Shown: positions 39,690-53,885 of the stretch, in pieces
Layout of the letters: every line of letters starts with the position of its first letter
How positions within the stretch are numbered: position 1 is the first letter of the stretch
NCBI GenBank assembly: GCA_964016885.1
Contig: OZ024740.1
Location: 338,644,001 to 338,708,000, forward strand
Origin: Eledone cirrhosa
Taxonomy: Eukaryota
Length of the DNA: 64,000 nucleotides
Direction: 5' to 3'
Notes under the pieces: generated by a model
What the model was told of the DNA's origin: nothing
Seen by the model: only the letters and a program-made list of their open reading frames with translations
Databases searched by the model: none
Made by a program: the position numbers and the translations under genes

Positions 39690-40200
39690 GGGCTCCCTCA
39701 ACTTTATGTTTGTCTAGTTCTAACTCTAAGGTTGCTAACTACTAAATTATGTCAGAAGGTGCACTCCTCCCCAAGGAAATACTTTGTGTTTGCAGCCATC
39801 AGACTATCTCAATTCCTTGTGAGAATGAAGTCTATCTGGCTTGTGTGTTTGCCTTACTTATATATGATCAAGTGGCTTGTTGGTTTTCCAAAGTTAGGGG
39901 TATAGATAGTTAGATCATTGGCATCACAAAACTTCAGAAGCCTTAACCCCTGCCTCATATCTTTTACCAAACCCAAATGAGACTGTGTATGTTTCCATAG
40001 TGTTTTCCAACATACCCATTAAAATCACCAGCCATGGTTATAGGTCACCATTATTTCTTAACAAGATAGCCTGTATGATGGCCTCCTCAAAGAGATCCTT
40101 CACTGCCAGTCTAGGCTGTGGTACATAAGCAGAAATAATTGTTACTGTTGTTTGTCTATGACTAGTTTAAATTTAATGATTATATCGTTCAATCTACCTA
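39690..40200 (-). mobile_element. Degenerate RTE APE endonuclease remnant
   Basis: Broken frames: NDIIIKFKLVI, VTIISAYVPQ, AGDFNGYVG, LLKFCDANDL, SQIDFILTR. Confidence 0.7.
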
Positions 40201-40899
40201 TTTATATATATGATAGGCTGAAAGCAGAAATTTCATCTTTGCTTAAAATTTCATCTGTACTAACATTATATATATAACTATCGACCTAAGGATATATATA
40301 TACACTCTACTTTCACAAGTACTGAGTACTTAGTCGAACATAGTCTTACTAATCTAAACTGGGAACTTCCAAACTATCTCTCTCAATATATATGTTTGTG
40401 TGTGTTTACACGTTGGCATGTGTGTGTAAGCCTGTGTGTGTATGTGTGTATATCTTTCAATCATGTATATACGCAAAGGATATAAGCTTTATTAAGAAAC
40501 CCCCCAAAAAGGTGTTTATGAAAAAAATTCCTATTTTATGAACAAAGTCCCCTGAGATATTTATTTTGTAACAAGTTTCAGAAACTCCCTTGTTACTACT
40601 CTTGCTATCAGAAATATAGTGAACGGTGATTGCTCCACTGGAAGCCTGCAACTAACAGCATTATTGTTTATCAATTGTAATGAAAAAAATAAAAATAAAT
40701 GAAATTTAAAAACCGAATAAATAACAAAGAATTTGAACAAAGCAGCTTCTAGAAGATTCTGGCAAATAATGTAGAATACCTGCCATGGGGACATTTTGAA
40801 ATAAAGGGATTTCACACACCAATGCCTACATATAACATGATATTAATGTAACCCTGGCAAATGAACATTATAATTATGATGGCATAGAAAATTAAATTA

Positions 40900-41049
40900 A
40901 ATTAAGGATGATGATTATAATGATACTGAGATATGATATAGTGGTGTTGGTGATGATGATGATGTTAGTGATGATGTTGATTATGGTGATGATAGGGATG
41001 ATGGTAATGATGATGAGAAGGGAAAAGAGGTGGAGAAGGATGGCAGTGG

Positions 41050-41081
<32 letters not shown>

Positions 41082-42550
41082 GTGATGAGGATAATGAGGT
41101 GGGTGGATAACACTGATAATGAGAGTGGTGGTGGTGGTAGTGGTGGTGGCAGTGGTTATGTGGAAAATTAGATAATGATTATGAATGAGGTCATGGGGAT
41201 GTGTATGAGGAGATAAGGAAAAAGAAGAGGAGGGGGATGGCTGTGGTGGTGGTGGTGGTGTTCATGGTGGTGGTGATGGTGATGATGCTGGTGGTGGTGG
41301 TGGTGGTGATGATGTTGATGGTGGTGGTGGTGATGTTGGTGATGGTAGTTTTGGTGATGATGGTGATGGTGGTGGTGGTTGCTGTAATGATAGAAATAAT
41401 GGTTATGGTATTGATGAGGTAGACATAGAAAAGGGTTGAATAAATGAATAAAATTAGTTAATTAATTTGCAGTGATCATATAATCATATGACCATGTGAT
41501 ACTAGCCCCCAACATAGAATCCTCCGATAAAATGAACCCCTGGAATTCTGTATCCAATATCACTATTCACACAATATGTGATACCCATCTTCACATCAGT
41601 TATCAGATATCAGCATTGCATTACAGAAATAAATGATGAAATTTTCACATAATGTCTTTACCCATTCACAGAATATTCCTTGGGGTGCACGTTATAAGGG
41701 GCCTCAACCAATCATGTAGTACAGTTGCTGTAGTTGTTGTTGTTATTGTTGTTGTTGTTGGATGAAACCTATGCTTATAAAATTAAAGGTCAAGCTGACA
41801 TTAATTTATAACTAATGGTAGTGGTGGTGATGGTGATAGTGATAGTGATGGTGGTAATGGTGATGATGGCAATGATGATGGTGGTGATGATGGTGATGGT
41901 GGTGTTGGTGATGATGATGATGATGATGGTGATGGTGGTGATGGTGGTGGTGATGATGATGGTGGTGGTGATGGTGATGGTGATCTCGATGATGATGGTG
42001 ATGATGGTGATGGTGGTGATGGTGTTTGTGGTGGCAATGATGATGATGGTGATGATGATGGTGGTGGTGATGATGATGGTGACGATGGTGATGAATATGA
42101 TGGTGATGAAGATGATGATGAAGATGATGATGATAATGGTGATGGTGATGATGGTGATGATGATGACGGTGGAGATGTTGATGGTGATGGGCAAGCTGAC
42201 ATTAATAGCTAATGTCAGAGGTGATGATGATGATGATGATGATGATAGTGATGGTGATGATGATGGTGATGATGATGGTGATGATGATGGTGATGATGGT
42301 AGTGATGGTGATGATGATGGTGATGATGATGGTGATGATGGTAGTGATGATGATCATCATCATCATGATGAAGATGATGATGATGATGATGGTGGTGGTG
42401 ATGACGATGATGGTGATGATGATGACGATGATGGTAATGATGATGATGGTGATGAAGATGATGATGATGATGATGATGATGAAGGTAGTGATGGTGATGA
42501 TGATGATGATGAAGGTAGTGATGGTGATGATGGTGATGATGATGATGATT
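40900..42550. repeat. (GAT/GGT)n compound microsatellite tracts (40900-41420 and 41815-42550)
   Basis: Read directly; the poly-M/V/D/S/T ORFs here are artefacts. Confidence 0.95.
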
Positions 42551-42659
42551 TCATTGTTATCAAATTTGGTGAATCACATTTATATGCCAGTATTCAGTGT
42601 CAGATGACTGAGTGTCTTGTATATGTCAGTAGAGTTATTTCACTGAGTGACTTTTAAAT

Positions 42660-43262
42660 GTGAATATTCATAGTTAGCTGAGGAACTCATATTATTTAGA
42701 CATAGATGAGTGACTCCTATATATTATCATCTAAACTTAGATCTAGTTCAAATTCCGCCGAGGTTAACTTTGCCTTTCATTCTTACAGGGTCGATAAAAT
42801 ATAGTACCAGTAATGAACTGGGTAATCGCTGGCCTTGTGCCAAAAGTAGAAACAATTATCTAGACTTAGATGAGTGACTCCTTATATGTCATTATCTAAA
42901 CTTAGATGAGTGACTCCTATATGTCATTATCTAGACTTAGATGAGTGACTCCTATATGTCATTATCTAGACTTAGATGAGTGACTCCTATATGTCAATCT
43001 TTAGACTCAGATAACAGAATGACTCCTGTATATTAATATTTAGACTTAGATAACTGAGTGAATCCTGTGTGTCAGTATTTAGACTCAATTGAGTGACTCC
43101 TGTATTAGACTCAATTGAGTGACTCCTGTATTAGACTCAATTGAGTGACTCCTTTATGTCAATATTTAGACTTAGATAACTGAGTGACTCCTAAATTTCA
43201 ATAGAGTCAGTTGACTGAGTGATTCTTAAGTCTCAGTATTTAGAGTCACATGGCTGAGTGAC
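42660..43262. repeat. ~31-bp minisatellite (tagacttagatgagtgactcctatatgtcattatc) interrupted by a 5'-truncated S1 SINE (about 42744-42853)
   Basis: Repeated gagtgactcct units, with an S1 core and tail inside the array. Confidence 0.85.
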
Positions 43263-45429
43263 TTTCTGAGTTAGTTGACAGTATATTGGTAGAATCATTA
43301 AATTGTTGGATTAAACTTTTTGATACCATTCCAGTAAAAACTGGTCGGTACTATGAAAAAATAAATTCCATTTTAAAGAGTTCCTATCTAAATAAATTTT
43401 GTCCAACATAATCTTATGAAAGAACCTTATGTTTAAGTTAATAGCTTAGCAAGGAAATAATCATTGGCTTTAGTAAATCCCTCAAAATTCCTCATTCATT
43501 AATTGAAATAGTCACAAAAGGGTTTAATGCTTTGTAATTCTTGTTCAGTCTCTTTGGACTCTGTGTTCAAATCTTGCTAAGCTCTGTCACTCTTTCAGGA
43601 TTGATAAATAATATACCAATCCAAGATTGACAGAATTGTTACAGTATTTAACGTGATGCTTTGTGATATTTATTGTGACTGTGCATTCTGAGTTCAAATC
43701 CTATCTCCTGTTAGTGGAAAAATTGTTACCTAATAGGACAAGAGCTCCTAACATTAATCCTTTATTGTCATATTTGAAGTAAATGGTGTTGTTTATGGTT
43801 TTCAAATAATTTTGAAAATAACCAGAAAGTTTGAAGATTTAGTAATATAATTAACTTTCTCATTATTAAGCTAGAGTTTGGAATATAACTTACCGAATGT
43901 TTTTAAATAAAATTATCATGGAAGATTTATAGATAACAATGAGAGATTTAAAACAAAGAGATTTCTATCATTGAACTAGGGATAGTTGGTTGAAGGTTGT
44001 TTGGTATCAGACAGGTTAAAATACTCTTAAATCCTTTCATGTGATGCAGCTTTAGAGGAGGTTAATGAAATTTGTGCAGGTATGATTTGTACCAACAACA
44101 ATTCCGAATGTCAACACCCCAAATATGTCAATATAAATGTCCAGTATATCTGTTTAGGATGGCAGTAATGCATGGCACTTCTTATCTACGTCATAAAAGT
44201 AAACCCTACCTTTTACCTCACACAACACTGCAGTTAAAACTCCACTTGGAGAGGAAAATAAAATATGTTACAGTACAACTAGTAAATCCAGATAGCCAGT
44301 CTGTTACAGTAATAATTTTAATAACTAAATAAGTCAGGTTTAGTCAAATGTTTATGTTTGATTCATTTAGTTTAATCTTATGAAGTTTCTGTTGATTCTA
44401 GCCTTTGTTTATGATTAGTATTTGTTTAATGAGACTGTTTAACCTTTTTATTACCATATTTCTAATGAAAGACAGATTATGATGGAAGGGCTTTAGATAA
44501 ATATATTTTAAAATTAACAGCTTTGTGTCATAGAACTAGGAGTAATTTCAGGTGACTTAGTATTAAAAGGGGTAAAATCAACAGCTTTATGTCAGAGGAC
44601 AAGGAGCAGTTTCAGGTGGTTTTGTATCAAAAGGGTTAGTGTTTTTTCCACTATCCTTGTCTCCTTCTGTGGTATAGAACCATTTGAGATCTAGGTTGAA
44701 TGTGTTTTTATCTACATATTTATTGTCTTAGGACAAGACATTGAACAGCTGAAGTTCTTTGAACAGCAGGCTTTTACAGTACCTAGCACTATTCTAAGGA
44801 GAGGATAACATTTTTGTCACTATGCAGTGATACCATTTCAGAGATTTGCAACTAAATTTACCAGAGTATGTAGCCAGTCCTTCCATTATCTGCCAAATAT
44901 AAATTATAGCATACTTTTCTTTTCTACATTCAAAGGAGTAGATTCTTAATGTCGTTTAGGTGCTGCATAGAGCCAATCTTCTTTGAGTAAGATTGTTGGA
45001 ATACTTCCAATTGAGTAGAGTTCTGAGAGCAATAATCCAGACGATGGATAACAAATATCTACCACAAAGCTGGAACAAGCAAAGCTTGCTGTTAAAATGT
45101 TCTGAGGATCCATCCTGTCAACTACATGTTGCCATTTTCGTAATAAAAACTGAAGCACTACATCATTTGTCATTATAATTCCCACAACTGACTCACACAA
45201 TTCTAACACAGTTATTACTAACTTTCCTAGACATATCTTTTCAGATTCTTGTGAAAACGATTCTATTTACATATTTCTGGTATTAGCAAAATTCCTTGAG
45301 ATCTGAAAAGGGGAGAATAGGAAGCTGTGTTGCTCATGCAGTTCTCATCTCAAAGGTTTAATGATTTAAATGACATACTAACACATTCACTATCTAATAA
45401 TATAAATTGATTTCCATGACATGTATTCT

Positions 45430-46850
45430 ACAAAATTACTCCCCACTAATATTATAACAACACCTTCTACTCAACTACCCTCCCCTTGCCCCAATAGTAT
45501 TACATAACAAATACAACACATAGTCTATACAACTACCCCCACCCTTGCCCCCAATACTATAACACAACTAACAACATATTCTACACAACTATCACCACAC
45601 CAACTCACAATTCTATAATACAACTAATAATCTCCCACCCACTACTATAGCATAACTAACACAACATATTCTACACAATTAGCACCTCACTCCCAATACT
45701 ATGACATAACTAACACAACTACCCTGTCCCAACACTATAACACACCTAACACAACACATATTCTATACAACTACCCCCTCACACACAACTACCCCATCCC
45801 AATACTATAACATAACTAACACAACACATATTCTACACAACTTTCCCTCAAACACCCAATAGTATACCACAATTAACAGAACACATATTCTACACAACTA
45901 TCCCTCACACACCCAATACTATACCACAACTAACACAACACATATTCTACACAACTATCCCTCACACACCCAATACTATACCACAACTAACACAACACAT
46001 ATTCTACACAATCAGCACCCCTCCCCACCAACTCCTAATACTATAACAAAATAAATACACATATAATAGTAAGTGGGATATGTGAATTATTATGAAATGT
46101 AGTATATATACACTATGCAGTCACAATACTACAGTACAAGTTACACAGTATCTATTCCACATAGCAACTTCCCAGTACTACAACACAACTCACACAAGAC
46201 ATATTCTACAGAACCACACCACCAATATACTAGAGTACAAGTTACACAGTAACTTCCTCATACTACAGCATAACTACTAACACAACACATATTCTACACA
46301 ATCACACCACTAATATTACAGTAGAGGGCGGTGGATTGGCAGTATCGGTAGAGGGTCGGACGCCATGCTTTGCAGCAAAGAATTACGGCCCTTTATGGTC
46401 TGAGTTGAAATCCCGCCGAGGTTAACTTTGCCTTTCATCCTTACGGGGACGATAAAATAAAGTACCAGTAATACACTGGAATAATTGCTGGCCTTGTGCC
46501 AAAAATAGAAACAATATTATAGTACAAGTTACACAGTATATAATGTACGCAGTAACTTCCCAGTACTACAACACTACTCACACAAGACATATTCTACAGA
46601 ACCACACCACCAATACTACAGTACAAATTACACAGTAACTTCCCATTACTACAACACCAATACTACAGTACAAGTTACACAGTATATACTCCACATAGTA
46701 ACTTCCCAGTACTAAAATACAACTCACATAACACACAGTCTATACAACCACACCACCAATACTACAGTAAAAGTTACACAGTAAATACTCCACACCGTAA
46801 CTTTCTAGTACTACAACACAAGTTACACAAAACATAGTCTATACAATTAG
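45430..46850. repeat. Degenerate ~45-55-bp A/C-rich tandem repeats
   Basis: Recurring acacaacacatattctacacaact and tactacagtacaagttacacagta units. Confidence 0.8.
46324..46512 (+). mobile_element. SINE family S1, full length
   Basis: Nearly identical to the 20913 copy. TSD aatattacagta/aatattatagta (46312-46323 and 46513-46524). Confidence 0.9.
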
Positions 46851-46869
46851 CTCCAAGAAGACAAAGAAG

Positions 46870-47600
46870 AGAAAAAGCCCCTACATGGCTAATACCTGAG
46901 AAAACTGAGTAATGAGGAGAATAGATAAAGAAAATTATTCAGCACTGATTGAAAAGCAGAAAACTCAAAGATAACACAGGAAGGTTATTGATTATGGCAC
47001 AAGACCAATCCCTCCCCTATAGAAACTACAAAAAGCATGTAATGAAGCAGAATAAAATAAGTAACTGTAGAAAATGGAGAAGTTGGGAAGAAACATTTAC
47101 CCATACTGTCTCTGGCAGCTATTTTTTAGCCAAGATAGAATACATCTACATGCATAACAGAGTAGTTGGGATTTACATACACATGAATTTATGCCAGCTC
47201 TACTACCAAAAAAAAATGACAGAAAACAAAAGGTGTAAACATACGTCAAGACAGGTTTCCAAGAATGACAAAGTATCGTTACTCTATGTTTTGTCAATCC
47301 ACACAGACAGAAAGATCAAGACTAATTGGCTGAATATTTTTGTCACAGTTCACCATGGGAGTAAATGCTTTCTAATTGGAGTATCAGTCCTAATAGACAA
47401 CAATGTATCTCGGAAAGAAATAGAGAAATTAACCAAATATAAGATCTCAAAAAAGAGATAACCAGTATTTGGGAGACTGAAAACGAAAACAACTTTTATA
47501 ATAATGATAGGTGCCTTGGGAATAATGAAAATAGATGCAATCAAATACATAACCTTAATCACAGACTTATACATATATGCAACATAAAAAAAACAGCACT
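46870..47600 (+). mobile_element. R4/Dong-clade LINE C-terminal remnant (zinc knuckle and restriction-like endonuclease)
   Basis: KPLHG, AQDQSL, CRK...EETFTHTVSG, IHTDRKIKTN, FLIGVSV..DNNVSRKEIEKLTKYK, IGALG. The catalytic PD..D residues have decayed. Confidence 0.8.
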
Positions 47601-47619
47601 ATTTAATACTAACTGTCTC

Positions 47620-47875
47620 GAGCCCAGAATCACATCAGGCTAGTGCTTATTCTGGTTTCAAGAGTGTGAAGCAACTAAGATTTCAAGACTCTCCCCTGAA
47701 CTGGATGCCAGTTCATCACATGGTCAGACCTCCAGCTATTGCTGGTACTCATTTTCAGCTTAGTATACTGGAGCAACATGAAATGACATGTTTTGAACAC
47801 AACACAACCCAGTGCAGGACCACAACATTATCATCATAAGTCCAACACTCTTACCACTAGGCCACACACTTCCAC
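47620..47875 (-). mobile_element. SINE family S3
   Basis: Reverse-complement homolog of 32268-32545. Confidence 0.75.
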
Positions 47876-48281
47876 TTACTTCACACTACACATGTTATAT
47901 ATCAAGACCAACACTATCACTAAGGCCATCTAGACAACAGCCAAAAGCACATACTTTAGGGAGGTACATTACTGAAAATTAAAAGATCACAGTTTTATAC
48001 AAATTTATATATAATTTAAATATACAATACATTTTTGCAGTCAATAAAGAAATCACTAAGTATCTATGTCATGTAGCTGTGTTGTGGTTAAAATGGTCAT
48101 ATGATGTTATGAGCTAACACATGATTTTGGGTGGTTGACTGTGGATTGTATAGGGGAAAATACTGATCTACTAAGTTTCTTAGTGTGGACAAAGCAAGAA
48201 GTGTCAAAGTCAGTTTAACAAACTCTGAGCTGAAATTATTTTATTTCAGAGAATCGGGCACATAACAAGCTTGATCTAGAG

Positions 48282-48433
48282 CAGCAGTTGCCAACCAGTG
48301 GCCTGAGATAAAATTTTGGCGGTCTACAGAAAAATTTTAATGTATGTTTTAAAAAAAATTCCTATTTGTGGTCCACGGGATTTAGAATTATGAATTTAGT
48401 GGTCCGTCAGGTCCGAAAGGTTGGCGACCGCTG
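48282..48433. mobile_element. hAT-Charlie-type MITE
   Basis: TIR cagcagttgccaacc/ggttggcgaccgctg. TSD ATCTAGAG/ATCTAGAA (TCTAGA target). Confidence 0.8.
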
Positions 48434-48446
48434 ATCTAGAATATTA

Positions 48447-48653
48447 CTGTGTATACTCGAATATAAACTGATCTGAATATAAGAAAACCCCTCTATTTTA
48501 TGTTAGAGAAATGGGCAAAATCAAAACAACATTTATAAGCTGAGGCAGCTAATCAACACATTGTTAAGATGGTGTATATAAGCAGACCTCCCCCCCATTT
48601 TACTATCAATTCTGAGGTCACATATTCCTCAGCTTATATTTGAGCATATGTGG
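48447..48653. mobile_element. Tc1/mariner (pogo/Tigger-like) MITE
   Basis: TA|ctgtgtatactcgaatataaactga ... tcagcttatatttgagcatatgtgg|TA imperfect TIRs. Confidence 0.65.
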
Positions 48654-49071
48654 TAAATATATAAATACCAGCTCTGCTTTTGATGCAATATAAAATACTG
48701 CATGTAATCAAAATGTACAAAACTGCACTCAGTAGTAAAGTAAAATTATGCAATAAAAACAAAACTACTGAGTAACTAAGAACAAGAAATAAATTTAAGT
48801 TTAAGATGATAATAATGTTTTAAAAAGTTCAGTACTGTAGTTCTTGACATAATACAACTTTAATCCTGGTTGAAATCCCTAGGTTTACAATCTGCTGGAA
48901 CAACAGACAAACAGAAACAGAATTATCTCCTCTTGTTGTTGTTTCTTTTAATGGAAATGTAAAATGCAATTAGTATTTTTGAATGCTTTTTGTAGATTTT
49001 TCCTTTTTGGTAATGAGTTTTTTTCTGACAGAATATTTATACATTCCTCCTTTGCTTGCATGGGTTGAACA

Positions 49072-49132
49072 TCTCTCTCTCTCTCTCTCTCTCTCTCGCT
49101 AAATATATATATATATATGTATATATATATAA

Positions 49133-49212
<80 letters not shown>

Positions 49213-49245
49213 GGAATTTATATATATGTAGATGTGTGTACATAT

Positions 49246-49294
<49 letters not shown>

Positions 49295-49362
49295 TGTATA
49301 TATATATATATATATATACATATATATGGAATTTATATATATGTAGATGTGTGTACATATGG

Positions 49363-49412
<50 letters not shown>

Positions 49413-49467
49413 GGAATTTATATATATGTAGATGTGTACATATGGATATATATATATATATATGTAT

Positions 49468-49534
<67 letters not shown>

Positions 49535-49673
49535 TATATATATATATATCCATATGTACACACATCTACATATATATAAATTCCATATAGATATATATAT
49601 ATATGTATATCATCATTTTATGATGATATACATATATATATATATGATATACACACATATATATATATATACA

Positions 49674-49772
<99 letters not shown>

Positions 49773-49849
49773 TTATATATATACATATATATATGATGAT
49801 TTCTAAAGAATGAAACAGTTCTAGTCCTGTAGAATCTCATCTATATTAA

Positions 49850-49892
<43 letters not shown>

Positions 49893-49936
49893 CACACACA
49901 CACATATATATACATTTACATATATATAAATTCCAT
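49072..49936. repeat. (TC)n/(TA)n tract containing a ~40-bp unit in direct and inverted copies
   Basis: Read directly from the sequence. Confidence 0.9.
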
Positions 49937-50559
49937 AAAGTTGGGCCACTTCCCATTTACTGGCATTTTCTTTCTCCTCTCTCATCCAACAAGAGAGAGT
50001 TTTGTATAATTCCATTCGAATATGGAGACTTATATATTTCAGTATGATGGAAAAAAAAGATGATGAAGAAGAAGGTACAATGTTATTGATTCTGTTTAGA
50101 GGATCAAGAAATGGCTTTTTAATTGGGTTTCACTTGTCTCATCATCGTATCAGCTTGCTATCAATAAAAAACATATAGCTTGTTCTTCTGTTTTACATTC
50201 CACATCTGAATAGGAATTCACAGAAAACATGGCCACATTTCTCATTGTTAATTATTTCACATATTCCAAAGAGATTGCTTGTTATTTCTCTGAAAGAACA
50301 CATTGGAAAAGTATTAGGTAATACTTAATCTGATTCTCTCCTCAGCCCCTTACAGTTCCATACCATACTGTCATTATTTAGCTATTGCCATCTTCTCTCC
50401 TGTTTAAAATTGTTTCAGGTATATCATTTCACTTCCCACCACCATGTTATCTGCCATGAAATGGGATGTAATTTAAGTCCTAGGGGAAATGGTGGTGGGT
50501 GGGGAATACATTTTACCAATTGTTTTGCCTCGTAGCCTTTCATCATCTTTCCCTTACAT

Positions 50560-51100
50560 AAGCATCATCTGGAATAGTCCATTCTCAGAAGGATCTCCAC
50601 TGTAGTATTTTCTTTAGAATAATCTGTTCTCATAATGTTAAAATTTTCCTTACATAGGTAATATATGGAACAGACCATTCTCACAACAGATCTCCAAAAC
50701 ACTATTTCCTTTAGATGATAAGTAACATCTAGAATAGTTCATTCTCAGATTGAAAATTATCTAATTTTTTTTAATTACTAAATAATATCTGGAATATATC
50801 TATCTTAGAAAGAATCTGTGCTGTAATTTATTCTTTCCATTAACAATACATCGAACAGTCCATTCTCAGAAAATAACTCCATCATATTAAGCAATATTTA
50901 TACAGTTCATTCTCACAATAGATATCCACTTCAATTTCACGACTTAACTCAGTTATATCCAGTACAATCCACCCTTTCTTAGATTTGTGGATTAGTGCTA
51001 TAATTTTTCCTCTTACATTAGTAGTATCTGGAGGATTCCATTCTCAGAAAAAATCTGTTTTATATTCTTTTGCTCACATCAGCAATATCTAGTACAGCCT
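50560..51100. repeat. Degenerate ~60-bp tandem repeat (atctggaatagtccattctcagaa core)
   Basis: The core recurs with divergence across the interval. Confidence 0.65.
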
Positions 51101-51864
51101 ATTTTGATATTTGTTCTGTCTTTAGGTAATTTACCCAATTTTCTCAACTATTATCTATAGTTATCGACTGTTATTACAATTATTTTCTGCATTTGGATTT
51201 TCACACTTTAAAATTTCAAACATCCCTTGCACTTCGATAATTCATAAGGTTTATTCTCCACTGTACATAAGTAACATCTATATTGTCAATAGCCATAAAA
51301 GTGCTCCTTTATAATCTCTCAACCTTTTATGTAACTAATTTCCATTCTTGGAAATAAGAACAATCCCATATTTCTGACATTCTCCATCCACTATATTTTA
51401 TCCAGAGCCTTCAGATACCCAATGAGACCATGGATCTGCACTTGGAAAGTTCCTCTCCAAGGCACAGGCTTGAACTAAATGTTTTTATGGAAAACACCTA
51501 GAGTTTAACCCATTCATTAACACCTATCTGTTAAAATCTTCATTCTAACTGACATGCCCCAATGATAAGGAAGTCTCAATGTGGTCAATCAACCAATCAA
51601 CAGCTAGACTTTACCTTAACTGTTTCTAGCTAGAGATTCACAGCACAATCACATCGCATCATGCTCATTGTCAGAGCCCTACTCACTCACTAGGGGACCA
51701 ATTCCCTCTCACAGATGGACCCCTTTCTTCTCACAATTGGGGCTGTATTAATGGGGTGTAAAGTGGGCAATTGCTCCAGGCCCCCTGCAAGGGGGATTTG
51801 CTGTGTATTCTAATTTTTATTGCATGTCCCCCCCCCATACCGAACCTGAAGTGCCCTAGGTCCT

Positions 51865-52405
51865 CCTCATTGGTGAACTACTTCCTCTTCAATGGTGGAC
51901 CACTTCCTCCTCATTGGTGGACCACTTCCCTCTTATTGGTGGATTACTGCCCTCTCACTGGTAGACCACTTCCCTCTCACTGGTGGACCCCTCCCCTCTC
52001 ACTGGTGGGATCACTTCCCTCTCATTGGTGGATCACTTCCCTCTTATTGGTGGACCACTCCCCGCTCACTGGTAGACCACTTCCCTCTCACTGGTGGGAT
52101 CACCCCCCTCTCACTGGTGGGATCACTCCCCTCTCATTGGTGGATCACTTCCCTCTTATTGGTGGACCAGTCCCTGCTCACTGGTAGACCACTTCCCTCT
52201 CACTGGTGGGATCACTTCCCTCTCACTGGTGGGATCACTCCCCTCTCATTGGTGGACCACTTCCCTCTCACTGGTAGACCAGTCCCCTCTCACTGGTGGG
52301 ATCACTCCCCTCTCACTGGTGGGATCACTCCCCTCTCATTGGTGGACCACTTCCCTCTCACTGGTAGACCACTTCCCTCTTATTGGTGGACCACTTCCGC
52401 TTCAC
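51865..52405. repeat. 20-21-bp minisatellite (cacttccctctcactggtgga)
   Basis: About 25 units; explains the repetitive ORFs in three frames. Confidence 0.95.
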
Positions 52406-52447
52406 TGTTGGACAACCTGTTATGTAGATAATGAACATGTTGAATAG

Positions 52448-52657
52448 AAGATGATGATGATGCTGATACTGATAATAATCTAGTGAGGATGGCAATGATA
52501 GTATTGTTGTTATTGTTGTTGGTTGTGGGGAGGGATGGCAGTGTTTTTGTTGTTTTTGTTACTGGTGGTGATTGTGGTGGTGGTGGTGGTGGTGGTGGTG
52601 ATGATGATGAAGGTGATGCTGATAATGATGTAGTGATGATGATAGTGACGGTGATAA

Positions 52658-52691
<34 letters not shown>

Positions 52692-52723
52692 GGTGATGAT
52701 GATGGTGACGGTGATAATGATAA

Positions 52724-52754
<31 letters not shown>

Positions 52755-53885
52755 GGTGATGATGATGGTGACGGTGATAATGATAATGGTGGTGGTAGTA
52801 GTGGTAGTAGTAGTGGTGGTGATGATGCAGACGATGATAATGATAGTGGCGATGGTGGTGGTGGTGGTGGTGGTGCTGGTGCTGGTGGTGATGATGATGG
52901 TGACAATGATAATGATGTAGTGATGATGATGGTGACGGTGATAATGATGTAGTGATAATGATTTGTGATGAAGTTAATGACAGTATTGGAGATGATCAGT
53001 ATTGGAGATGATAAATGATAATAGTATTGGAGTTGGTTTGTTATGATGACGATGACCACAACCACAACTGCTACCAACACCACCACTATTACCAGCATCA
53101 CCATCACTACCACCACTGCTACCATCACCACCACCACGACCACTGCTACCATCACCACCAGCACCAGCACTGTTGCACAAGACCACAACCACCACCACTG
53201 TCACCTTAACCACCACCACCACAACCACCCAGCACCACCAACACTCCCACCACCTCCACCACCTTCACCACCATCACCACTAGCAGCACCACCATCACCA
53301 CAACCACGACTGCTGCCATCATCACCAGCCCTGTTACACACGACCACAACCACCACCACCACCACCACCACCACTACCACTACCATCCCCATTACCACCA
53401 CCACAAGCAGCACCACCACCACCACCACCACTACTACCACCACCACAAGCACCAGTAGCATGACCACCATCACCACCACCAGTACCACAAGCAGCAGCAG
53501 CACCAACATCACCACCACTACCACCACCACCACCACTACCACCATCCCCATTACCACCAGCAGCACCACCATCACCACCACTACCACCACCACCAACACC
53601 TCCACCACCTTCACCACCACCACCACCACCACCACCACCATCCCCATTACCACCACCACCAGCAGCACCACCATCACCACCACTACTACCACCACCACAA
53701 GCACCAGTAGCATGACCACCATCACCACCACCAGTACCACAAGCAGCAGCAGCACCAACATCACCACCACCACCACCACCACCAGCACCACCAGCACATC
53801 TACCACCACTAGCAGCACCACCATCACCATCATAGCCACCAGCACTAGCACTATCACGACCACCACCATAACTACAACAACAACA
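52448..53885. repeat. Trinucleotide region: (GGT/GAT)n switching to (ACC)n near 53050
   Basis: Read directly from the sequence. Confidence 0.95.

Noticed and set aside
41790-42657. Poly-Asp/Met/Val/Ser ORFs (also 36307-36747 and 40892-41422)
   Set aside because: Translations of (GAT/GGT)n repeats.
42660-43262. Repeat-spacer-like pattern around gagtgactcct
   Set aside because: The intervening sequences are homologous to each other, so it is a diverging minisatellite.
51865-52405. Possible CRISPR-like array or Trp/His-rich protein
   Set aside because: The units are contiguous with no unique spacers, the context is eukaryotic and no cas genes are present. It is a minisatellite.
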